Source of the DNA: Limnothrix sp. BL-A-16
Lineage (GTDB): Bacteria; Cyanobacteriota; Cyanobacteriia; CACIAM-69d
DNA length: 64,000 nucleotides
Direction of reading: 5' to 3'
NCBI GenBank assembly: GCA_041937175.2
Contig: CP166615.1
Location: 3,680,001-3,744,000, forward strand
The position numbers and the translations under genes were made by a program. The first letter of the stretch is position 1; each line of letters starts with the position of its first letter. Of the stretch, positions 10,778 through 19,018 are shown piece by piece. The notes beneath the pieces are model-generated. The model was not told the DNA's origin. It saw nothing but the letters and a program-made list of their open reading frames with translations, and made no database searches.

Positions 10778-12526
10778 ATGATTAACCCAAAAATTAGCCA
10801 AAAAATTCTGACCAATTTAAAAAAGGGATTTCAAACAAGTTTCCAAAGTCCCCGCCAAGCACCCCACTGGACTATTTCTTGGCCCCTATTAGGTTTGATT
10901 TTGTTAAGTGGCGCGATCGCCCTCTACGGCATTAACTGGGGATTGCCAGACTGGAAAGGTTGGGCCGCCGATGAGCTAACCCCAGAACGGGTTTTAGAGG
11001 CGATCGATCAAAAATTCGCCAACGGTTGGCACTACAAATATCCACCTTTTCACTATTACTTATTAACCCTGCTTTATTCCCCCCTGTTGGTGCTGAAACA
11101 ACTGGGCTGGATTTCCTTTGAAGATCTAAAAACCTATAGCCTTTTGTTCTATCTCAATCGGCTACTTTGCGTGGCCATGGGCATGGGAACCATGGTCTTG
11201 ATGGTGCGGTTGGGAGAAATGATCTTCGATCGCAAAACCGGCTGGTTAGCGGCTTTGGCCATGGCCCTCACGCCCCTTTATGTCTACTACGCCAAAATTG
11301 CCAACTTAGATATTCCCGTTTTGTTTTGGTCGATCGGCTTTTTGATTGTCTATGTGGAAATTCTGAATCATCACCGCTTTCGCGACTATATCATCGGCGC
11401 AGTTTTAGCCGCGATCGCCGTTTGCACCAAGGATCAGTTTTATGGATTTTGTATCCTCACCCCATTTTTCGTCATTTGGCACTATTGGCAAAAACAACGG
11501 CTCAACGATTCTCAATTCACCCTTTGGCAAGCGGTGCGCGATCGACGGGTGGGCTATGGGCTTGGTGCAGGTGTTTTGGCATTTTTGATTCTGCAAAATG
11601 CCCTCTTTAATTTCCAAGGGTTTATCGATCGATTCAACTTAATTTTGTACGGAGGAGCCAGCATTCGCCCTCGCTACGAAGAAAGTTTGCAAGGGCAGTG
11701 GGAAATGCTGGGCCAAAGTTTTGGGCATTTGCAATTTTCCTTTGGTTGGCCCCTTTGGTGGCTGGCTTGGGTCGGTGTGGCGCTCTATGGCTGGCGATTG
11801 ATTCGATCGCTCCGAGGCCATTCCCAACCGGGCTGCACCTCTCTTCATCCCACCGATCGCCAATGGTTGCCGCTCTATCTTTGGGTTCCTGGCGTTTCCT
11901 ATTATCTGTTTTATATTGCGCCTATTTTGTATAACGATGTGCGCTATTTAATGCCCTTGATGCCCCTCTTTGCCTTCTTTGCTGGCTCTGCCATGGCCCA
12001 GTTGAGCGATCGACTGAAACCTTGGTTTTTTCCCGGCGCTTTTATTACCACCCTCGCCTTGAGTTACAGCCTGGGTTATAGCTGGACAGTCAATAGTTTA
12101 ATGACCCATGATTCACGGTATTTCGTTGAAGAATGGATGCGATCGCAAATTCCCGCCAATGAATTAATTCTGGAAGTGGGCATTGAGAAATATTTGCCCC
12201 GCACCACAGGATTTCAAGCCAAATTGCTCGAAGAACCGGACTTGGGCCAGGTAAACGCCCTCAAACCCCAGTGGATTATTGTCAGCAGTGGCTATGACCA
12301 ACGCCGGTTTCCACAAAATTCTCCAGGTCACCAATTTTTTGAGCAGTTACAATCAGGAAAATTGGGCTATGAACTAGCGTTGCAATACCAAACCAAGCCC
12401 AAGTGGTATTGGTTCGATCGCCCCACGGTGACCTATCGACTGTTGGATGACATGAAAATTTATTCCAACTTCGACAAAATCGACCCTGAAATCACAATTT
12501 ACCGATCGAATAAACCGATTAAATAA
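10778..12526 (+). CDS. Glycosyltransferase family 39/83 (PMT/ArnT-like) membrane protein
   Basis: WGLP..W..DE loop after TM1, YPPFH, many TMs, CTKD, RYLMP motifs. Confidence 0.75.
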   Translation: MINPKISQKILTNLKKGFQTSFQSPRQAPHWTISWPLLGLILLSGAIALYGINWGLPDWKGWAADELTPERVLEAIDQKFANGWHYKYPPFHYYLLTLLYSPLLVLKQLGWISFEDLKTYSLLFYLNRLLCVAMGMGTMVLMVRLGEMIFDRKTGWLAALAMALTPLYVYYAKIANLDIPVLFWSIGFLIVYVEILNHHRFRDYIIGAVLAAIAVCTKDQFYGFCILTPFFVIWHYWQKQRLNDSQFTLWQAVRDRRVGYGLGAGVLAFLILQNALFNFQGFIDRFNLILYGGASIRPRYEESLQGQWEMLGQSFGHLQFSFGWPLWWLAWVGVALYGWRLIRSLRGHSQPGCTSLHPTDRQWLPLYLWVPGVSYYLFYIAPILYNDVRYLMPLMPLFAFFAGSAMAQLSDRLKPWFFPGAFITTLALSYSLGYSWTVNSLMTHDSRYFVEEWMRSQIPANELILEVGIEKYLPRTTGFQAKLLEEPDLGQVNALKPQWIIVSSGYDQRRFPQNSPGHQFFEQLQSGKLGYELALQYQTKPKWYWFDRPTVTYRLLDDMKIYSNFDKIDPEITIYRSNKPIK

Positions 12527-12543
12527 ACCCTTAGCGTTCAATC

Positions 12544-13323
12544 ATGATGCCCCTCCCTGCCACGCCCCGTGCTTCCCGTCGCTCCCTGACTTTCGCACCC
12601 GTCCTGGCTCGCTCTGGGTTGGTGGGCTGGGGATGTTTGGCCTGCTTGCTAATCGGCTGTGGCAATGGGAACCGCAGCGACGCAGCAGTCACCACCGAAG
12701 CTCCGGCGGCCCCAGCGACTCAGCCTGTGGCCTTGAACAACGAGACCGGTTCGGCTCCGGGGGCGGGCCAGTCGCCCACCGTGAATCGGGTGGCGGCGGT
12801 GGATGCCAACCGCGAAATCGCCAACGGTCGCCTAGGGCGGGTGCGGCTGGGCATGACCCTCGCGGAAGCCAAGCGACTGATGGGGCCCAATGTGCGCTGG
12901 GAAAATGTGCCGAACCTGTTGGTGGACTTTGGCGGCATCGCGGCCAAGTCGGGATCCCAAACCCTGTTTTATGTCATTTACGAAGCAGCAGGCGGAGCAC
13001 CACGCGATCGCGACCCGATTTCCATGCTAATGACGGAGAACGCAGCCTATAAAACCGCTGAAGGCATTGGCCCCGGCAGCTCGATCGCCCAAGCCGAAGC
13101 AGTCTATGGCAAAGCCACCCTCAGTTTCAATTGGGATGATGAAGCGCGGGAATATGTCAAATTTGCCAGCCAGCCGGTGGGTCTGATTTTTCGCACCCAA
13201 GGTCAGCCCAATGACTTCGATGGCAACTATCCCACCACCCAAGGCCAAAGCGACAGTTTTTACAGCACACAACGTTATCACCCCACCGCAGCGATCAAAG
13301 CCGTGTGGGTCGCTTCGCCCTAG
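12544..13323 (+). CDS. Putative lipoprotein of unknown function
   Basis: Lipobox LLIGC after a hydrophobic stretch, Ala/Pro linker, repeated GI/GxG motifs. Confidence 0.6.
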   Translation: MMPLPATPRASRRSLTFAPVLARSGLVGWGCLACLLIGCGNGNRSDAAVTTEAPAAPATQPVALNNETGSAPGAGQSPTVNRVAAVDANREIANGRLGRVRLGMTLAEAKRLMGPNVRWENVPNLLVDFGGIAAKSGSQTLFYVIYEAAGGAPRDRDPISMLMTENAAYKTAEGIGPGSSIAQAEAVYGKATLSFNWDDEAREYVKFASQPVGLIFRTQGQPNDFDGNYPTTQGQSDSFYSTQRYHPTAAIKAVWVASP

Positions 13324-13346
13324 TCGCGCGACAGGCTTAATGTATT

Positions 13347-14249
13347 AGACCTCTTGCACGAATAAAGCAGTAGTGTAGAAAGTCGTCGTCACCCTGATCG
13401 GGAGATGCTCTACAAAAGCCTCGCCTCGCTGCCCCCATCACAGTTTCGCCGTGCCTGTGGCTTCAGTCGCTCCACCTTCCAAGCCATGCTGGAAGTCCTC
13501 CGCCCCGCCCTAGACCGGAGTGGCAAACGCGGGGGCCAAAATAGTCTGAGTGTTGAGAATCAGCTTCTGCTAACCCTGCAATACTGGCGCGAGTATCGCA
13601 CCCAATTCCACATCGGTCTCGATTTCGGGGTCTCAGAAGCCACCGTCTGTCGGATCATCAACCGTGTTGAGACCGTCTTGGTCAAAAGTGGTCGGTTTGC
13701 CTTGCCCGGCAAACGCCGTCTCTTAGACCCCGAAACCGACGAGTCAGTGGTGGTGATTGATGTGACCGAAGTCGCCATTGAACGCCCAAAAAAAACAGCG
13801 AGCTTACTACAGCGGTAAGCAAAAGCGGCATACGTTGAAAGGGCAATTGGTGATTGATTGGCGCTCCGGTCAATTCCTAGCGGTGGCAATCGGTCGAGGT
13901 CGCACCCATGACCTGCGACTTTGGCGTGAGAGCGCGTTTCGCCTAGCCCCAGACCGGCTGTGTCTAGCGGATAGTGGGTATCAAGGGCTAGCTCGTCACC
14001 ATGAAGCCACGATCCTTCCGAAACGGAAACCACCTCGAAAGTGCCTGCCTGACGAGGAAAAAGCTTGCAATCAGGCGTTAGCGGCGGTGCGCATTCGGAT
14101 TGAGCACGCCATTCGTCGCTTGAAGCGATTTCGGATCTTCTCAGAACGCTATCGCAATCGTCGTCGCCGTTTTGGCTTGAGGCTCCATCTGTTAGCTGGG
14201 TTGCTCAACTACCAAGCGGCACATCCAATTTGATTCGTGCAAGAGGTCT
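13347..14249 (+). mobile_element. IS5-family insertion sequence (ISL2/IS702-like), about 900 bp
   Basis: Perfect TIRs AGACCTCTTGCACGAAT / ATTCGTGCAAGAGGTCT; ATT on both sides (a TA duplication with 1-bp shorter ends fits equally). Confidence 0.9.
13405..14233 (+). CDS. Transposase in two overlapping ORFs (13405-13818 HTH plus first Asp; 13778-14233 DDE) joined at an A8 run
   Basis: LQYWREYRT HTH; VIDVTE..IERPKK; YSGKQKRHTLK, ADSGYQG, RIRIEH; A8 at 13788-13795. Confidence 0.85.
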
Positions 14250-14366
14250 ATTGGGTCAAAGCGGCAAAGGCAGTCGTGGTAACAAGGGGCTGAAGCCCCC
14301 TGCTGCCTAACGGTTTGGGGGCGACAATAGTCAGTTGACTTGGCCTATCACGTTCAGGCAGCCGCG

Positions 14367-14891
14367 CTACTGGGGTTCCGGGCTGTCCGCCAACTCCGAA
14401 AACCGCTTCGCTCCGGCCGCCCGCAAGCGTTCCGCTCCCTCGGGCCAATCCATCAACAGTGCCAAATCCAGATGGGTGAAGTCGGGGCCATGGTCACCGA
14501 TCCGGTTGGGGTCGGCTCCGGCCGCCAACAAGCGGCCGATTGCGCCGGCCTGTCGCCAAGCCACGGCAAACCCAAGGGGCGTTTCCGAATCATCTGTGAC
14601 GGCGTTGGGATCGGCTCCCCGTCGCAATAACAAATCGATCATCGGCAAGTCCCCTTCAACCACAACATTGAGCAGAGGGGTGCAGCCAAAGTTACCGGGC
14701 GGGCCATCCACGGGAGCGCCCCGATCGAGCAACCAAGTCACCATCGATCGGTTGTGCCAAATGGCGTAGTCCAGCAACAGGGCTTCATCGGACTGGTAAA
14801 GCTCGGGATGTTTGCCCAACAACAATCGCAGCCGCCGCCGATTGCCGCGTTGAATGTAGCTATGTGCTCGACGAATGAGACCACGACCCAT
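14367..14891 (-). CDS. Ankyrin-repeat protein
   Basis: Repeated TPL...LL..GADPN motifs (3-4 repeats). Confidence 0.85.
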   Translation of the reverse strand: MGRGLIRRAHSYIQRGNRRRLRLLLGKHPELYQSDEALLLDYAIWHNRSMVTWLLDRGAPVDGPPGNFGCTPLLNVVVEGDLPMIDLLLRRGADPNAVTDDSETPLGFAVAWRQAGAIGRLLAAGADPNRIGDHGPDFTHLDLALLMDWPEGAERLRAAGAKRFSELADSPEPQ

Positions 14892-15184
14892 GGGCGATCG
14901 ACCTGCTGAGATGATGGGCTGAATTTAGGGGGCGATCGGCTGGCAGGTTAACGGTTCGCTTAAAGGGCTGAAAATAACCTTCAACTCAGCACCAAGTTTC
15001 TTTCTCTGTCCAATTCAAGCAAATTGTGGTAGTGCCTGTGAGGTGATGATTTTCGGTAACTGATCGCTTACACCGCAAGACTTTCACCAGCCCATCATTA
15101 CTGAATTACGGCACTACCCAAATTGTTAAACATTACTTAACTTGTAGTATATCTGCAAGGTTTAGAAAGCAACTTCCAGAAAAA

Positions 15185-17776
15185 TCATACTTGAATTTGC
15201 TGTTGTACTTGTAATGAGGCTTGAGCTTTGACAAATGAACTGTAAATAGAAATTTCCGAATTTATGATTTCAAAACTAACAGCTAGAGCATAAGGCACTT
15301 GAGCCGTTAAATCGTTATTCCAACCTTTATGAGCTACAACTGCTATACAAAAAGTATCTCGCAAGTCGAAAGATTTGACTACTGCCCAATCTTTCTGAAT
15401 TGTCCCAACTCCTCTAGAAGTATCTTTTACCCGTCTACTATGATTTTTCTGCTGTCCAAGTGTCCAGTCGAATAATCCAGATCCATCCTCCTGATCCTCA
15501 GAAGCTTCGTATTTTTCAAGAACCCTAGCTAAAAATCTATCTGGTGATTCTTCTTTTTGACTACATTCCCAATGTAACCAAGTGGATAAATATTTGCGTT
15601 TATTACGCCGTGTTCGACGTGGTTCAGCTTTATAAGAAAGTGTAATCTCAATAAGAATATCAAAAGCTTCTGCTGGAGATTGTAGTTCTTCCGGAATGAT
15701 CACTTGATAAATATGTGCTTGTCGGGCTTGGATTAGACTATCCCCATTAGTGATCAATGTCACACGATTAGGTGCATTACCAAGCGCACGCTCAAGATTA
15801 GGCAAACCGTATCCCATCATACGGATAGCTGAGGAAAGATCGGGTTCATCATTAGCCCATGCAGGTAATCTTGCTGATTGCACAATCAAAGCTTTATAGA
15901 GCAAGCAACTTTCCTGTGGGAAATTAGATGCCAAGGCTGCTGCAATATGAGTCACTTTAGGTGCTGCAAAGGAAGTGCCAATATTATCCGCTGCAACTGC
16001 TGGCGCTCCCCCTATCGTCGTCCTTACTAACTCGGGGCAAACATCCGTAGGTGTAGAAAAGCTAGGCGGATTCCCCTCGTCCTTGACTAGATCTCCGCCA
16101 TACTCAACGACTTCAGGCTTTATCGAATCCCAAATGCCATAGCCTGTGCAGGAAAATGCTGAAGGATAGTCTTGTAATGCCACAGAAGTACTCGGTGGAC
16201 GATTATAGGTACAATGAGCGATCGAGCCTACAGTTAAAGCTTGAAAGCTTTGGGCAGGATTAGCGATCCGAGACGAATCCTTTAGTAAAAAATCTGGATA
16301 TGCACACCCTTCCTCAAAGTGCTCTGTGAGAGCCTTGCGAGTAATACTCAGTCCTGGAAGTCGAACAGTAGGGAGGTTTCCGGCTGAAACAATAAAAAGA
16401 ATGTCCTTTTGCCAAGCAAGGTAATCTATTTCAGCAGCCCAAGCACTCATGTAAGTTCTTCGACAAGGAGCTGAACTATTAATTGAGTGATTAAAGATGC
16501 GAGTACCTGCTTGGGAATGATAGAAATCTACAATGTCATTTAAGACTTCTGGTATGTATAATTTGTCTGGAAACTTGCAATCTTGTCCTAAAACCCTAGC
16601 GTTTTGAAGCCAACAGATTGCTGTTTGCCGACCAGTACGTGGAACTCCTTGAGGATATAAAACTGCTCCAGCGACTCGTGTACCATGCCCACCACCTGAT
16701 ACACGATCTACTTTTTGATCAGTCTCATTAGGAACCCATGATCGCGAATTACTGCTATCTACGGCAACGCGTAAGAAACGATGGCTTTCTTGGATACCAC
16801 TATCAATGATGCAGACCTTTGGAGCTAATGGTGGTGGCGGATCAAGTGTAAATGAAGGTTGATCACTTGTTGCTATAGTACGATCAGTTAATGGTTCAGC
16901 TATTTGATCTGGTTCGCTAACCTCAAAAACGTAGGGATAATTGGCAACTAAATCTTTCAAGCCCTTGCCAGAAATCTCAATGCGACTAGAGAAACTATCG
17001 GGCAAAAGTGCAAGATGTGAGCGATCATCATGATCACCAAGCAAAAGGAATGTTCCATCAAGCTTTCTTATAAAGTCTTCAAAATCATTTTCTCTATCAA
17101 GTTGTAGCCTTTCCCATTCCTGCAAAGTTTGGTCACGCCTATCAGTCCATCTGGCAACCTTACGAGCGTATCTCTCAGGGTCTTCATTCTCTTGTTGGCG
17201 TGGATAGTCTGAAAATTTAGAATTGAGACCTACACAGGCAATGCTGATATCAACTGTGTAAATGTGATCATCTAGGATCTGATCCCATAGAGCAAGCAAA
17301 TCTGGTGACAGAATGTATTCCAGGCGCTTAAACTTACCTTCTAGAATTTCCCAGATCTCAGCGACCTTCCCTCCACCATGTTCTTCAGCAATAAACTTCT
17401 CAATCTTTTCCTGGAGTTTAGTCAATTCAGCATCAACCGATGCCCCAAGGATGTAACCATCCTCAAGTTCAAGAATAACTTCAATCCCAAAGCTCTTGAG
17501 GGCATCCGCATCAAAGGATTTTGGATCTACTTGAAGTAAGAATGAAGGAACATTTGGAATGTCTGGCATTCCTTCTTGCTGACGTTTTTCAAGGGTATCC
17601 TTCCAATCAGAAATAATGGAGGATACAGAAGATTTGAGCCTCCCGCCATGACCACCTGCATCTCCTCGATTAGCATTAGAGCGATCAGAACGTCGGGGAG
17701 GTCTTCCAGGGCGGGCAAAATCTGTTTTTGTCAGCCTCAAGGGAATATGCTTGAATTGTTCAGGTCGCTCAGACAT
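15185..17776 (-). CDS. S8 (subtilisin-like) serine peptidase, IetS/Y4bN-like
   Basis: Catalytic triad IIDSG, GHGTRVAG, GTSFAAP; oxyanion SAGN; no signal peptide; AT-rich; overlaps the ATPase stop by 8 bp. Confidence 0.88.
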   Translation of the reverse strand: MSERPEQFKHIPLRLTKTDFARPGRPPRRSDRSNANRGDAGGHGGRLKSSVSSIISDWKDTLEKRQQEGMPDIPNVPSFLLQVDPKSFDADALKSFGIEVILELEDGYILGASVDAELTKLQEKIEKFIAEEHGGGKVAEIWEILEGKFKRLEYILSPDLLALWDQILDDHIYTVDISIACVGLNSKFSDYPRQQENEDPERYARKVARWTDRRDQTLQEWERLQLDRENDFEDFIRKLDGTFLLLGDHDDRSHLALLPDSFSSRIEISGKGLKDLVANYPYVFEVSEPDQIAEPLTDRTIATSDQPSFTLDPPPPLAPKVCIIDSGIQESHRFLRVAVDSSNSRSWVPNETDQKVDRVSGGGHGTRVAGAVLYPQGVPRTGRQTAICWLQNARVLGQDCKFPDKLYIPEVLNDIVDFYHSQAGTRIFNHSINSSAPCRRTYMSAWAAEIDYLAWQKDILFIVSAGNLPTVRLPGLSITRKALTEHFEEGCAYPDFLLKDSSRIANPAQSFQALTVGSIAHCTYNRPPSTSVALQDYPSAFSCTGYGIWDSIKPEVVEYGGDLVKDEGNPPSFSTPTDVCPELVRTTIGGAPAVAADNIGTSFAAPKVTHIAAALASNFPQESCLLYKALIVQSARLPAWANDEPDLSSAIRMMGYGLPNLERALGNAPNRVTLITNGDSLIQARQAHIYQVIIPEELQSPAEAFDILIEITLSYKAEPRRTRRNKRKYLSTWLHWECSQKEESPDRFLARVLEKYEASEDQEDGSGLFDWTLGQQKNHSRRVKDTSRGVGTIQKDWAVVKSFDLRDTFCIAVVAHKGWNNDLTAQVPYALAVSFEIINSEISIYSSFVKAQASLQVQQQIQV

Positions 17777-18815
17777 GAGAAGCTAAAACGTCTTGAATTG
17801 ATTCTTCTAAATGTTCTTGAATGACTAACTCTTCTCGATCTAGAATAGCACGCTTCGCTGCATCTTGAGCAACCCTGACCACCTGTGCAGCCGAGAAATT
17901 GAGCATCTTTTGTATAATCGAGTTCCAATCAATTGACCCAACCTCAACCGAAGAGAGTGTCTGTTTTAAGATAACTTCAATTTCCCGCTTTGTCGGCTTT
18001 GGTACTTCAATAGCATCATCAAATCTTCGCCATACAGCTTCATCTAAAAATTTAGTTAGATTAGTTGCAGCAACAAGTAACCCATTTGAGACTTCATACT
18101 CGTCAAGTAGCTGAAGGAACGTATTAACTACCCGTTTAATTTCACCAACTTCCTGGCTATCTTCACGAGATTTTGCCAATGCATCACATTCATCAATAAA
18201 GAGCAAACATGGAAATGCAGCAGCAGTCTCAAATACTTCGCGTAGGTTAGTAGCAGTTTCTCCTAAATAGGAAGATACCATTGCATCGAAGCGAACTTTG
18301 ACCAAAGTTAAACCTGTATTCCAAGCAATACGCTCGGCTCCCATCGTTTTGCCGCACCCTGGAGAACCGTAAAGCAAAATCTTTTGGCGATAGCGCAACC
18401 CATGATGGGCAAGTCGATCACGAGCAGCATATTCCCGTTCAATACGGCGAAGTCGTGTTTCTACGGCATCGGCAAGGATCATATGATGCCGAAGACTATC
18501 ACGGGAAATTGTAACAATAAATGAGTGATTGAATCTATGTTTACTTGATAAGAGCGTGAGAGATTGTATATCTGACGATTTGGACGCGGCTCTCTCTAAG
18601 GATATTGGAGAACTTTCTCGTACAAAAGCTGGTAATGGATTTTCGGACTTGGCAAGATGCACACTTTTTCGCAGAATGCTTTCAAGTTGATTAGCAAGAT
18701 TGGTATGCCCTAGCTTGCGCTCTTCATCTACCACAATGGACAACATGCTCTGTATTGCCTGCGAATCATCGCTGGCAACAGCTCGGAATAAACGCTTTAG
18801 CACCTCTCCTTTCAT
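17769..18815 (-). CDS. AAA+ ATPase, IetA-like
   Basis: Walker A GSPGCGKT, Walker B LFIDECD, GEIKRVVN, AATN, WRRFD. Confidence 0.88.
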   Translation of the reverse strand: MKGEVLKRLFRAVASDDSQAIQSMLSIVVDEERKLGHTNLANQLESILRKSVHLAKSENPLPAFVRESSPISLERAASKSSDIQSLTLLSSKHRFNHSFIVTISRDSLRHHMILADAVETRLRRIEREYAARDRLAHHGLRYRQKILLYGSPGCGKTMGAERIAWNTGLTLVKVRFDAMVSSYLGETATNLREVFETAAAFPCLLFIDECDALAKSREDSQEVGEIKRVVNTFLQLLDEYEVSNGLLVAATNLTKFLDEAVWRRFDDAIEVPKPTKREIEVILKQTLSSVEVGSIDWNSIIQKMLNFSAAQVVRVAQDAAKRAILDREELVIQEHLEESIQDVLASHV

Positions 18816-18926
18816 TCTTTGACCTATTGCCTACGGCCGCATGTTCCATCCTTACGATACCTAAATTTTCCGGAACCTTATAAAAACTTTACAAAATTAG
18901 AACATGGTCTCTGTGGTTTGGGTTGA

Positions 18927-18962
18927 CAACCGCGGTCTAACTATGGATTTAGATCGCGGTTG
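18927..18962. repeat. 14-8-14 inverted repeat (recombinase-site-like)
   Basis: CAACCGCGGTCTAA-CTATGGAT-TTAGATCGCGGTTG, 13 of 14 arm positions complementary. Confidence 0.6.
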
Positions 18963-19018
18963 CAAGATAACACCATACTGAGGGGAGTTACACTGAAGCA
19001 GTCAACTCTAGTACGCGA

